Notes: generated by a model from the letters alone, not told the origin. A stretch of 64,000 nucleotides of DNA from an uncultured bacterium (GCA_963827235.1 CAWHAE010000016.1:800001-864000); one strand, 5' to 3'; positions 20,638 to 30,377 are shown, counted from the first letter of the stretch. Numbers and translations are program-made.

Positions 20638-21378
20638 ATGTCACTCGTCCTGGATGCCCCGAAGGCCCCGACCTTCCGCTCGCTGCAAATGGCCCAGGAG
20701 TATCTCACTTCCATGCACTCGATCCTCGACGCCATCCCCCTCGATGCCGTCTCCCGACTCGCTCGCCTCATCTTCGCCGTCACCGAGCGCGGCCGTGCCG
20801 TCTACGTCTTCGGCAACGGCGGCAGTGCCGCCACCGCCAACCACATGGCCTGCGACCTGAGCAAGAATACCCGCGTGCCCGGTGCCCCGGCCATCCGCTG
20901 CCTCTCCCTCGTCGCCATGCCCGCCACCATGACCGCGCTGGGCAACGACGTCGCCTACGCCAGCATCTTCTCCGAGACCCTCCGCATCTACGGCCAGCCC
21001 GGCGACCTCGCCCTCGGCATCAGCACCAGCGGCAACTCCGCCAACGTGCTCGAGGCCTTCACCCTCGCCCACTCCCTGGGCCTGCACACCGCCGCCCTCT
21101 TGGGCTGTCAGGGTGGCAACGCCCTCGCCCTGGTCGACCTGCCCGTCGTCGTTCAGGACCGCTCGGTGCCCCACCTCGAGGACGCCCACAACGTGATCAG
21201 CCACATGCTCACCAACTGCCTGCGCGGCATGCTCGCCACCTACGTGACCAGCACCGCCAAGGACCTGCCCGCTCCCTTCGCCAAGGCCGACGCTCACGCC
21301 GGCAAGACCCCCGACGATGCCGGCGCTCCCTCCGACCTTCCCGTCGAGCGCCGGCAGCCTGTTGGTTCTACTTCATAG
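20638..21378 (+). CDS. SIS-domain phosphoheptose isomerase (GmhA-like)
   Basis: FGNGGSAATANH, ALGNDVAY, GISTSGNSANV, HLEDAH. Confidence 0.85.
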   Translation: MSLVLDAPKAPTFRSLQMAQEYLTSMHSILDAIPLDAVSRLARLIFAVTERGRAVYVFGNGGSAATANHMACDLSKNTRVPGAPAIRCLSLVAMPATMTALGNDVAYASIFSETLRIYGQPGDLALGISTSGNSANVLEAFTLAHSLGLHTAALLGCQGGNALALVDLPVVVQDRSVPHLEDAHNVISHMLTNCLRGMLATYVTSTAKDLPAPFAKADAHAGKTPDDAGAPSDLPVERRQPVGSTS

Positions 21379-22038
21379 GGAGGTAACCTGCTTTCGCGAG
21401 CGCGACAGGGCAAATCGCGGCGCGTCCCGCAGAGTGAGCGTGCTGAAGCTGGGGCCGGCTATCACCGGAGCGGTTGCGCGCCAGAACAGCCGTGTGCGCA
21501 CTCCGGAGCGCTGCTCTCCTTGGCGTGGGTCGGTACAACGCGGGCAAACCTACCGCACCCAGCCGGCCGGACCGTCGCCAGCTCAGTCGGCGTGGCGACG
21601 TAGAAACCGGCGATCTGGCCGGCGCTGTTGAATGCGGCGATCGTGGTCGGGCTCGCACCCGGTACGACGATCGATGGCCGGTCATCGAATTCTCCTCTGC
21701 CGGAACCGCGGTGCCCGATAGGGCGGCGCGCGCCGGCCGCGCCGGCCGGCCAGTGCTGAGCGGGAGCCAACGGCAGCACGCGCACTTGCCGCCAGCCTCC
21801 CAGGTCGCCAGCCGGCGCGGTCCGCTGCGTCTCGGCGTCCGCATCGACAGGATTCCTGGCCGCGATCCATACCAGGCGTATCGCGTCGAATGGCACCGGA
21901 CTGGTCGGTCTCGGGCTGTGCCGTCGACGTATTGCGCCCGCGCGAAGTGTACTAATACTGAACACGAGTTTACCGGCAGTATCATGGATTCCACGACATA
22001 GAGAGGTATAGGCATAGGAATGGAACGAGGTCGAGCCG

Positions 22039-22278
22039 ATGGTATCCGAGCACGACGTGCGCAGTCGACTGGCGAAGACTGAGGAGCAGCTCCAATTCCT
22101 GATCTCCCACATCGGGCCGCTTCAGGATCTGGTTGGCAGTGGCGCCAATGGCTGGCTGCAAGCACTGCAGAACCTGGCCGATTGCTACAAGTAGCAACGC
22201 GACCTCGAGATTCGGCGCGCCACCTTGATCTGGGTGCTGGCTCGTGATCAGGAGCCGGCGCTTGAGCTCGCCAACTGA
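22039..22278 (+). pseudogene. Small helical hypothetical protein interrupted by in-frame TAG (22192-22194)
   Basis: GAGG RBS, MVSEHDVRSRLAKTEEQLQFL...LADCYK*QRDLEIRRATLIWVLARDQEPALELAN*; protein-like on both sides of the stop. Confidence 0.45.
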
Positions 22279-22348
22279 GTCGTTCCGAGCGCGTCTCCAG
22301 TCATGCCACGGTCGGCAACTGCGGCTCCATGCGATCTACAGACCGCTA

Positions 22349-22428
22349 AGCCTGGATCCGGTTCAACATGATCTGAGTCAACGCTGAGCCTGGATCCGGT
22401 TCAACATGATCTGAGTCAACGCTGAGCC
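22349..22428. repeat. Perfect tandem duplication of a 38-bp unit
   Basis: AGCCTGGATCCGGTTCAACATGATCTGAGTCAACGCTG twice, then AGCC; no spacer. Confidence 0.95.
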
Positions 22429-22554
22429 CAAGAAGCAGCTGGCACCGGAATTCACTTGGTTGCTTTCGGGTGCGCCCACCACCGTGGTCGCAACGCCGTC
22501 CTCGGCCTGTTATCGTGAGCTTGTGCGCCGTCGAGACAAATGGAAAGGGCTGAC

Positions 22555-22746
22555 ATGAACAAGGATTGGCATCGCGAGCATCCCATGCCGGTGAAACCGA
22601 CGCTCGAGCAACGCATAGAGTGGCATCGGCAGCACAGTCGGCATTGTGCCTGCCGAGAGGTGCCCAAGGATCTGCGCCGCTATGTGGAGGAGCGCGACAG
22701 AGATCAGGCGCGAGCTCTTCCGGCCGACGTCACGTCCGAACGCTAG
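22555..22746 (+). CDS. Small His/Cys-rich hypothetical protein
   Basis: MNKDWHREHPMP...TLEQRIEWHRQHSRHCACREVP; purine-rich RBS; pattern recalls a conserved small uncharacterised family (recollection). Confidence 0.7.
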   Translation: MNKDWHREHPMPVKPTLEQRIEWHRQHSRHCACREVPKDLRRYVEERDRDQARALPADVTSER

Positions 22747-22915
22747 CGCGTGAAGTGGGTGTGGCGTTGCACTCGACCGAGCAGTCGGTGCGCGGCGCGC
22801 ACATGTCTGCAGGCCAGAGCCCGCATCGGACCCAGCTTGCGAGCTCTATTTCGACCTGAGTACAGTGCCCGTCACCGCCGTTGCGCTATTGTGGCAGTGC
22901 CACCCGCGAAGGAAA

Positions 22916-23455
22916 TCAGGCGACCCACTTGATGGTGCAGCCGACGGGCTCGGTCTCGATGCTGGCTACAACGCCGCTCCCCAGTATCGCATCGAGCGCC
23001 TCCCGGATGAAGGCATGTGTGACCGCGGGCTCGTCCTCGTAGTTGTCGTCCGGAGCGCCGTGATAGCGCAGGGTACCGCTGCTGTCGAATACGAATACCT
23101 CAGGCGTGCGCTCCGCCCCATAGGCACGCGCTACCTCTTGCGTCTGGTCGCGGAGATAGGGATAGACCAGCCCGTTCTGCTTCACCCGCTCTGCCATTGC
23201 CTCGACGCTGTCGCCGGGCGCTTTCTTGACGTCGTTCGAGTTGATTGCCACGAGCTTGACGCCGCGCGCGGCGTAATCCCGCGCCACCGCATTGATGCGG
23301 CCCTCCCAGGCCTGGGCGTACGGGCAATGGTTGCACGTGAACACGACCACCAGGGCGGTACCCTCGCCTTGCAGCTGGCGGGCATTGTACTCCCGGCCGT
23401 CGGTCGACGGCAGCGTGAAGTCGATCAGACGATCCCCATGCTTGATGTTGGCCAT
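22916..23455 (-). CDS. Thioredoxin-family protein (AhpC/TSA, redoxin)
   Basis: FTCNHCPY, AINSND, YGAERTPEVFVF, GCTIKW. Confidence 0.92.
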   Translation of the reverse strand: MANIKHGDRLIDFTLPSTDGREYNARQLQGEGTALVVVFTCNHCPYAQAWEGRINAVARDYAARGVKLVAINSNDVKKAPGDSVEAMAERVKQNGLVYPYLRDQTQEVARAYGAERTPEVFVFDSSGTLRYHGAPDDNYEDEPAVTHAFIREALDAILGSGVVASIETEPVGCTIKWVA

Positions 23456-23814
23456 CAGTCATTCCTTTCTTGACGATCGGGCGAGCTTCCGACCGGTCCG
23501 TGCAGCGCCGCGGCAATCAGCTCGCGCGGAGGTAGCGGGCTGATGCGGCCCTCCGGCGTGCTATAGGCCCGGCAGCCCAGGGCCGCCTGCGGAATGCCGT
23601 CGGGCAGCGGGTCTATGTCCACTCCGTCCACGCGGATGGTAGGCGAGCCGAAGAAGCCGTAGCGCTGCGCATCCGCATCCGACTCCACCAGGATCACCTC
23701 GATGGGCGCATCAATGCCTTCGTGCGCGACCACCTCGCGGAGCCGCTCCAGCGCAGTGTCGTGGCTGGGGCAATCCTCGCAGTAGAAGAACTCAATCCTG
23801 GGCACTGATTCCAC
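23455..23814 (-). CDS. Thioredoxin-like DUF2703-type protein
   Basis: YCEDCPSH, GFFGSPTIRVDGVDI, LGCRAY; coupled to redoxin gene. Confidence 0.8.
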   Translation of the reverse strand: MESVPRIEFFYCEDCPSHDTALERLREVVAHEGIDAPIEVILVESDADAQRYGFFGSPTIRVDGVDIDPLPDGIPQAALGCRAYSTPEGRISPLPPRELIAAALHGPVGSSPDRQERND

Positions 23815-24029
23815 CCTTCGGGTCTACGTCTGCATTGACCGCGCCGAGATCGCCGCATCGCGTAGCATAGCAGCCGGGAGGCTGAGCAGCGATCCGGCCT
23901 CTGCGAGGTACTATAGCACTCCAATGAACTTCGAAGACTCGACCAAGCCCGGCCGTGGCGTTCCGCGGCACGCTCAATCAACGACTCCGATACGACACGG
24001 GAAGACGATGCACGAGGCGGCGGACCAGC

Positions 24030-24226
24030 ACCTCCTCCTTCCCGCCGTCCCGGTACCGGCAGGGGACATGACTGTAGAGCGAACGCCGGAGCTGCTCGAC
24101 TTTTACGGCTCCAGTGCTATCTTGCTGATCGGCGGCGCTCTGCTCGCCGCGGGCGACAGGCTGACCGATGCCACCGCCGCCTTCACAACCGCGGTCCGCA
24201 GCCACCACTACCTGGAAACGCTATGA
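24030..24226 (+). pseudogene. C-terminal remnant of a RuBisCO-like (form IV) protein
   Basis: PAVPVPAGDMTVERTPELLDFYGSSAILLIGGALL resembles the RLP C-terminal PVPAGG...GGA segment. Confidence 0.6.
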
Positions 24227-24520
<294 letters not shown>

Positions 24521-24537
24521 TGATGGAAAGGCACACG

Positions 24538-25065
24538 ATGAGCTTCGACCTGCGCGCACGCCAGAAGCCGCTCAAGGATCGCTACCGAGACGACGCCGCC
24601 AGCGCTCGCCTGGTGCACAGCGTCCATAGCGAGCCGCTGCTCGACGATCCCACGCGAGTCCGCATTACCAGCGGCACCGCTACCTGGGAGTTTGCCGCCC
24701 ACGCTATGGCCGGTGGCCCCGATGGCGAGCCGTGCTCCGGCGACGTGCTGCTGGCGGCGCTGGCCGGCTGTCAGGAGGTGACCATCAAGATGGTTGCCGC
24801 CTCGATGGGGATTGTGCTCGACGATCTGCGGGTCACCGTGACCGGAGAGATGGACTTCCGCGGTACCATGGGCATCGACCGCGCGGTGCCGGTAGGTTAC
24901 AGCCGGATCCGTTGCGCAATAGCGCTGCGTGCACAGGGTGACCCTGAGAGGCTTCGGCGCCTGGTGGAGAGGGCGGAGCAGTACTGCGTGGTGCGCGACA
25001 CCCTGGCACGCGGTACCCAGGTGACGAGCGAGATCCGCGTCAACGGCGGAGGCGACGATCGCTGA
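24538..25065 (+). CDS. OsmC-family protein
   Basis: LRARQKPLKDRY, CSGDVLLAALAGC, GEMDFRGTMG, AEQYCVVRDTL. Confidence 0.88.
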   Translation: MSFDLRARQKPLKDRYRDDAASARLVHSVHSEPLLDDPTRVRITSGTATWEFAAHAMAGGPDGEPCSGDVLLAALAGCQEVTIKMVAASMGIVLDDLRVTVTGEMDFRGTMGIDRAVPVGYSRIRCAIALRAQGDPERLRRLVERAEQYCVVRDTLARGTQVTSEIRVNGGGDDR

Positions 25066-25095
25066 GCGAGTATGGCAGACTCTCGCCGGCTCGCG

Positions 25096-25704
25096 TCAAT
25101 ATCCGACGGTAAAGCGCTGCCGCCGATGCCTGGGCGATTCCAGCTCGTCTGCAAGGGCGATCACGAAGTCCTCGGCGGAGATCCAGCTCTTGCCGTCGGC
25201 GCCAGTCAGAAGCTGATCCTTCCCCAGCCGGAACGTGCCGGTCTTCAGGCCCGGCGCAAGGAAGGCGGACGGCGAGAGATAGGTCCAGTCCAGGTCCTGG
25301 TCCGCGCGCAAGACCTCGAGGAACTCGCGGCCGGCCAGGGCCTCGGGCTTGTATTCAGCCGGGAACTCCGGCGTGTCCACGAGTGCCAGGCCGGGCGCCA
25401 CTTCCAAGCTTCCCGCGCCGCCAACCACCAGCAACCGCGCGCCGGCCTGCTTGGCGGCGGCAATAACCGCCCGGCTATCCGTGCCGGCAAAGCGTACGCT
25501 GTGCACCACGGCATCATGGCCGGCGAGCAGCCGGGCAAGCGCCAACTCATCGTGGACGTCGCCCTGGACCGCCCTGACGCCCGATCGCTCCGCCTCGTTC
25601 TCGGGATGCCTGCTGATAGACGTGACTTCGTGACCCCGGCCCGCCAGCTCGCCGGCCAGCCGAGACCCGACCATCCCCGTTCCACCGAGAATCGCCACCT
25701 TCAT
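25096..25704 (-). CDS. NAD(P)H-binding oxidoreductase (YwnB/BVR-B-like)
   Basis: MKVAILGGTGMVG, VVGGAGSL, LDWTYLSP, ISAEDF, RQRFTVGY; GGAGG RBS. Confidence 0.9.
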   Translation of the reverse strand: MKVAILGGTGMVGSRLAGELAGRGHEVTSISRHPENEAERSGVRAVQGDVHDELALARLLAGHDAVVHSVRFAGTDSRAVIAAAKQAGARLLVVGGAGSLEVAPGLALVDTPEFPAEYKPEALAGREFLEVLRADQDLDWTYLSPSAFLAPGLKTGTFRLGKDQLLTGADGKSWISAEDFVIALADELESPRHRRQRFTVGY

Positions 25705-25843
25705 GTCATTGCCCTCCATTACGTTGATGTACAGCAAGTGTTGCCAGGGCGGATACCATCGTGCGCCCGGCTAGTTCAGGTCTCTCGCCGAGCGACCATC
25801 TCGCCGGCAAATTCGCCTGTTCCCCGCGATCCCGCGTGCCGCG

Positions 25844-26965
25844 TCATGCGGGAGCGGCGACGCCGGACATCTGTGTGCAAACATCCTTGAGCACGTCGGC
25901 AAACGCCGCGCGCTGAGCTGCCGGTGCCACCGTCACGCGAACCAGACGGTCCAGAGGAGTCGCGCTGCCCGTGCGCGCGAATACGCCGCGCGCTGCCAGT
26001 CCCTGCAGAACCGCCTGAGCGCGTTCGCGCGTCCCCAGGTCGAAGGCCACGAAGTTCGCCATGGATGGGAGTGCCGGCAAGCCGAGCGATCGAGCCAGCG
26101 CCAAGTAGTCCTCCCGTCCTTGCCGAACGGAGTCCACCACGGAGTGCAGGTACTCGGAATCGGCGGCGGAGGCGAGCGCACCGGCCTGGGCCACGCGATT
26201 GACGCCGAAGTGCAGCCGGATCTTCTCGAACGCGGCGACGGTGTTGCCGTGTCCGACGGCGTATCCTATCCGGGCGCCGGCCATGCCGTGCGCCTTGGAG
26301 AACGTCCTCAGCCGGAGCACATTTGCACGCGTCACATCGATAGGCAACACGTCCCGCGGCGGTGCGAAGTCGACGTAGGCCTCGTCGAGCGCCAGCATAC
26401 AGTGATCAGGCAGCCGGTCCACGAAGGCCGCGAGGCCGGCAGAGCCATGCCAGCTTCCGGTCGGATTGTCTGGATTGGCGAGGTAGACCAGACGCGCGCC
26501 CGAACGCTCCACCGCGGCCAGCAGGGCGTCGAGGTCGGGGCGATCCCGCAAATAGGGCACGGGCACGAGCCGGCCGGCAAAGCCGCCGGTGAGGTAGTTG
26601 AAGGTTGGATACGTGCCGCGCGATGTCACGGCCACGTCGCCTGGCTCGAGCACGGCGCGAGCGATCCAGGCGAGCAGCTCGTCGATGCCGCTGCCGATCA
26701 CCAGGTTCTCGATCGTGACGCCGTGCAAGTGCGCAAGCTCGACCCGCAAGTCGAAGCTCTCCGGATCGCCGTACATCCAGACGCCCTCCGCAGCAGCGCG
26801 CATGGCTGCCCGCGCGCGCGGTGACGGCCCGAACATGCTCTCATTTGCTCCAAGGCGGAGGGCCAGCGCCCGGCCGTCGGCACGCTCGATTGCCTCCGGT
26901 CCCACGAAGGGCACACTTCGCGGCAAGCCGCGTACAAGCCGCGTGAAGAACGAGTGCTCCGCCAT
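25844..26965 (-). CDS. PLP-dependent aminotransferase class I/II (HisC-like)
   Basis: LGANES, ANPDNPTG, LDEAYVDF, RTFSKAHGMAGARIGY. Confidence 0.88.
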   Translation of the reverse strand: MAEHSFFTRLVRGLPRSVPFVGPEAIERADGRALALRLGANESMFGPSPRARAAMRAAAEGVWMYGDPESFDLRVELAHLHGVTIENLVIGSGIDELLAWIARAVLEPGDVAVTSRGTYPTFNYLTGGFAGRLVPVPYLRDRPDLDALLAAVERSGARLVYLANPDNPTGSWHGSAGLAAFVDRLPDHCMLALDEAYVDFAPPRDVLPIDVTRANVLRLRTFSKAHGMAGARIGYAVGHGNTVAAFEKIRLHFGVNRVAQAGALASAADSEYLHSVVDSVRQGREDYLALARSLGLPALPSMANFVAFDLGTRERAQAVLQGLAARGVFARTGSATPLDRLVRVTVAPAAQRAAFADVLKDVCTQMSGVAAPA

Positions 26966-27002
26966 GATTTCCCTTCCACATGGAACCACGGGCTGAAGAT
27001 TC

Positions 27003-27020
27003 CTATATACTCGATATTCT
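27003..27020. promoter_or_regulatory. Candidate operator (copy 1) overlapping the minus-strand -10 TAGAAT
   Basis: CTATATACTCGATATTCT; 14/18 identical to 30360-30377. Confidence 0.5.
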
Positions 27021-27438
27021 ACCTACAGTTTACACCGTTCGCCGGAACAGCTTCTGCGCTCCCATGCTCTGCGCATCGCCGCCTACGGTCCAGTGTTCAA
27101 GGCCTTCGCGGTGCTCTCGCCCGACATGCACGAGATCGTCAGGGCCGCAGAGGCGGCGAGGACCCGCGGCTACTGGAGCATGTTGTCCGGGCTCCCGGTC
27201 ACTCTGGAACAGGCCGCATATGGCGGCGATCCCCTGTGCCCGGACCCCATCTCGTGCGCAGGGCCGCCGTCGCGGTACCCGGATAGCCCTTGTCCAGCGG
27301 CAGCGGAGCCGCCGGTGTGATTCTCTCCGATCGCAGTCGGATCGCGCGCGGCCACCGGTCATAGGGTCCGACTCTGCCCAAGCGCCGATCCGGCCCGGTA
27401 TGGATGCGCTGGCAGGCTGGCAATTCTCGGCCGGCGCC

Positions 27439-27861
27439 CTAGTCGGCGATGCTCACCGGCACCTCGCGAACCATGCCGTCCACGATGCGGAAGGCGCGGA
27501 GCTGAGGATGTTCGGCCTCCTGCAGCGTGAGGATAGCGTAATAGGCCTCGGGATAGAACGCCAGGCTGATGTCCGTGGGCGAAGGATAGGCAGGCGTGTG
27601 CGTGTGCGAATGGTAGATCACCAGCAGATCCCAGTCGCGGGCTTCCATGTCCTGCATCGCCACCAACTGGGAGCGCGGGTCCATGTTGTAGCGGTAGATG
27701 CTGGCATCCGCGTTCGGCACGGGATAAAGATGGACCGCCCGGCCTTGCGCGCCGGCGATCAGCCCGCAGGCCTCCGCCGGCACCGCCGCGCGAGATTGCT
27801 CCACGATAGCCTCGAGGTACGCGCGCGGAATAACCAGATGCTCGCCATCACCACCAGACAC
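27439..27861 (-). CDS. mec: JAMM/Mov34 metallopeptidase (CysO-cysteine peptidase Mec-like)
   Basis: EACGL, IYHSHTHTPAYPSPTD; operon with cysM/cysO. Confidence 0.85.
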   Translation of the reverse strand: MSGGDGEHLVIPRAYLEAIVEQSRAAVPAEACGLIAGAQGRAVHLYPVPNADASIYRYNMDPRSQLVAMQDMEARDWDLLVIYHSHTHTPAYPSPTDISLAFYPEAYYAILTLQEAEHPQLRAFRIVDGMVREVPVSIAD

Positions 27862-28786
27862 TGCGCTCCATCTCCTCCTCGAGCCGCGGCACGTCCGCCG
27901 TCCACAGCCGCGCGCTCATATACTTCCATCCGCCGTCGGCCAGTAGGGTGACGATATTCGCCTGCTCGCACTCCCGCGCCATGCGCAGGGCAACCTGCAG
28001 GCAGGCGCCGCCCGATACCCCGGCGAAGATGCCTTCGCGCTCGGCGAGCAGCCTCATGCCGGCCACCGCTTCCCGGTTGCTGACCAGGATGCGGCGATCG
28101 AGCATGCCGGCATCCAGGATAGGTGGCACGAATCCGTCCTCCAGGCTGCGCAGACCCTGCACCAGCTCGCCCGGCAGCGGCTCGGCGGCCACGATGCGCG
28201 CGACCGGATTGTGCTCCCGCAGGTAGCGCCCTACACCCATCAGGGTGCCGCCGGTACCTAGCCCGGCCACGAACACGTCGACGGCGGGCAGGTCGGCCAG
28301 AATCTCCGGCCCCGTGGTCCGATAGTGCGCCTCCGGATTGGCTCCGTTGCCGTACTGGTAGGGATAGTAGTACCGGCCTGGCGCCGATGAGGCGAGCTCT
28401 TTGGCGCGCATCACGGCGCCGTTGCTTCCTTGCTCGGCGGGCGAATAGACGATCTCGGCCCCGAAGACGCGCAGCAGATCCGTGCGCTCCGGCGTCAGGT
28501 TCTCCGGCATCACCACGGTCACTGGATAGCCCTTCAAGCGTCCCAGCATAGCCAGGGCGATACCCGTGTTCCCGCTGGTCGATTCCAGGATGGTCATGCC
28601 GGGTCGAAGCGCGCCGTTCTGCTCCGCGACCTCGATCATCGATCGCGCGATGCGATCCTTCACACTACCCGTGGGGTTCAGCCCCTCGAGCTTGGCGAAC
28701 AGTCGCACCGAGGGGCTGGGAGACAGTCGAGGCAGCTCAACGAGCGGGGTGTGCCCGATCGCCGTGGCCAGGTCTGGAAAGCGCAC
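27848..28786 (-). CDS. cysM: PLP cysteine synthase, CysO-dependent type
   Basis: NPTGSVKDR, TSGNTG, GLGTGGT, ADGGWKYMS; flanked by Ubl and JAMM genes. Confidence 0.9.
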   Translation of the reverse strand: MRFPDLATAIGHTPLVELPRLSPSPSVRLFAKLEGLNPTGSVKDRIARSMIEVAEQNGALRPGMTILESTSGNTGIALAMLGRLKGYPVTVVMPENLTPERTDLLRVFGAEIVYSPAEQGSNGAVMRAKELASSAPGRYYYPYQYGNGANPEAHYRTTGPEILADLPAVDVFVAGLGTGGTLMGVGRYLREHNPVARIVAAEPLPGELVQGLRSLEDGFVPPILDAGMLDRRILVSNREAVAGMRLLAEREGIFAGVSGGACLQVALRMARECEQANIVTLLADGGWKYMSARLWTADVPRLEEEMERSVWW

Positions 28787-28792
28787 GAAGCC

Positions 28793-29068
28793 TCAGGATC
28801 CTCCGCCGGCCATGGCGGGCAACAGGATTATCGTGTCTGCACTGGACACGGCCGTGTCAACGCCTTGCAGCGTGCGCACGTCCTCGCCGTTCAGGTAGAC
28901 GTTGACGAACGACGAGAGCCCGTCCGCCACGCGAAGCTGGGCTCGAAGCTGGGGATACTGTTCGTAGAGGTGGCGCAGCAGCGATCCGAGATCCGATCCC
29001 TCCGCCTGCACGCGCTTCTCCCCGCCGGTCGCTTGGCGGAGCACCGGCGGAATCTGTACCGTGGCCAT
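28793..29068 (-). CDS. cysO: Ubiquitin-like sulfur carrier (MoaD/ThiS, CysO-like)
   Basis: VQIPPVLR, FVNVYLNGEDVRTLQG, C-terminus PAMAGGGS. Confidence 0.85.
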   Translation of the reverse strand: MATVQIPPVLRQATGGEKRVQAEGSDLGSLLRHLYEQYPQLRAQLRVADGLSSFVNVYLNGEDVRTLQGVDTAVSSADTIILLPAMAGGGS

Positions 29069-29135
29069 TGTTGACTGTTCCCTTCTGATCGATGAGCAAT
29101 TGGGCCGTACCGGCGGTCGCCTGCCGTCGTTGCTT

Positions 29136-30305
29136 CTACCGTGCAGGCACCGCGCATGCATAGTCGAGATCGGTCACGTGCGCGAGCGTGGCATGCTCGC
29201 CGCAGGCCGGACAATCGGGATTGGTACGCAGGTGCAGCTCCCGGAAGCTGGGCTCCAGCGCATCGAAAAGCAATAGCCGGCCCACCAGCGAGTCACCGAT
29301 GTGCAGCAGCAGCTTCAGGGCTTCCAGCGCCTGCAGGGATCCCACGATGCCGGGCAGCACGCCCAGCACGCCGGCTTCCGAGCAAGAGGGAGCCAGCTCC
29401 GGCGGCGGCGGCTCGGGGAACACGCACCGGTAACATGGACCCTGGCCGGGCTGGAACACCGTCACCTGGCCTTCGAAGCGGAAGACGCTGCCGTGGACGA
29501 CGGGTTTCCCCGTAAGCTGGCTCGCGTCGTTGAGCAGGTAGCGGGTGGGGAAGTTGTCGGCGCCGTCGACGATCACGTCGTACCGGCCGATGATGTCCAG
29601 AACGTTCTCGGCCACCAGACGCTCGTTGTGCTCGACCACGCGCACATCCGGATTCAGCGCCTCCAGCGCCTGGCGGGCGGACGAGGTCTTCGGCTGGCCG
29701 AGACGCGCCATGGTGTGCACGATCTGGCGCTGAAGGTTGGACGACTCGACCACGTCCGAATCGACCAGGCCTATGGTGCCGACGCCGGCCGCGGCCAGGT
29801 AAGAGCGCGCCGGGGAGCCGAGGCCACCCGCGCCGACCAGCAGCACCTTGCCGTCCAGCAGGGCAATCTGGCCGGCTTCCCCGATCTCCGGCAGCAACAG
29901 GTGCCGGCTATAGCGGTTCCGCTGGGCGGCGTCGAGCACCCGCGGCAGCCGGTAGGGCAGCCCGGCCTCCTTCCAGCCGTTAAAGCCCTGCCGCATCGAC
30001 ACCACGTCGGTGTAGCCCAGTCCCTGCAAAGACACGGCGGCGAGCGCCGACCGCACCCCGCCGGCGCAGTACAGGACCACGCGTCGTTCGCGGTCGGGTA
30101 CCTCCTGCTCGACGCGCATCTCGAGGTAGCCGCGAGGAATGTGCTTCGCACCGGACAGAGCGCCTTGCTCGAACTCGTCAGCCTCGCGCACGTCGATCAG
30201 GATAGGCGGATTCGGTCCCCGCAGGGACTCGAAGACCTCTGCTGGACCGGCCTCGCGTATATGTTCCCGCACCCGGCGTAGCAGCTGGGGAAAACTCTCT
30301 GCCAT
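29136..30305 (-). CDS. moeB: Rhodanese-MoeB/E1 fusion (MoeZ-like sulfur-carrier adenylyltransferase)
   Basis: N-terminal rhodanese IDVRE...YCAGGVRS; RYSRH, VGAGGLGS, SNLQRQ, PCYRC, SCSEAGVLG, CPAC. Confidence 0.9.
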   Translation of the reverse strand: MAESFPQLLRRVREHIREAGPAEVFESLRGPNPPILIDVREADEFEQGALSGAKHIPRGYLEMRVEQEVPDRERRVVLYCAGGVRSALAAVSLQGLGYTDVVSMRQGFNGWKEAGLPYRLPRVLDAAQRNRYSRHLLLPEIGEAGQIALLDGKVLLVGAGGLGSPARSYLAAAGVGTIGLVDSDVVESSNLQRQIVHTMARLGQPKTSSARQALEALNPDVRVVEHNERLVAENVLDIIGRYDVIVDGADNFPTRYLLNDASQLTGKPVVHGSVFRFEGQVTVFQPGQGPCYRCVFPEPPPPELAPSCSEAGVLGVLPGIVGSLQALEALKLLLHIGDSLVGRLLLFDALEPSFRELHLRTNPDCPACGEHATLAHVTDLDYACAVPAR

Positions 30306-30359
30306 GTTCACGCCCCTCGAGCGGCCATCCGCCGCGCGCTCAGCTCGCTACTATCATGT

Positions 30360-30377
30360 CTATCTACTTTATATACT
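30360..30377. promoter_or_regulatory. Candidate operator (copy 2) upstream of moeZ
   Basis: CTATCTACTTTATATACT within the imperfect palindrome GTCTAT-N7-ATATAC. Confidence 0.5.

Noticed and set aside
22349-22428. CRISPR array
   Set aside because: Two abutting units, no spacer, no cas genes
27439-30305. E1-Ubl-JAMM as an anti-phage ubiquitin-like system (CBASS/Bil)
   Set aside because: No E2 or cyclase; cysM and rhodanese identify the known CysO cysteine pathway
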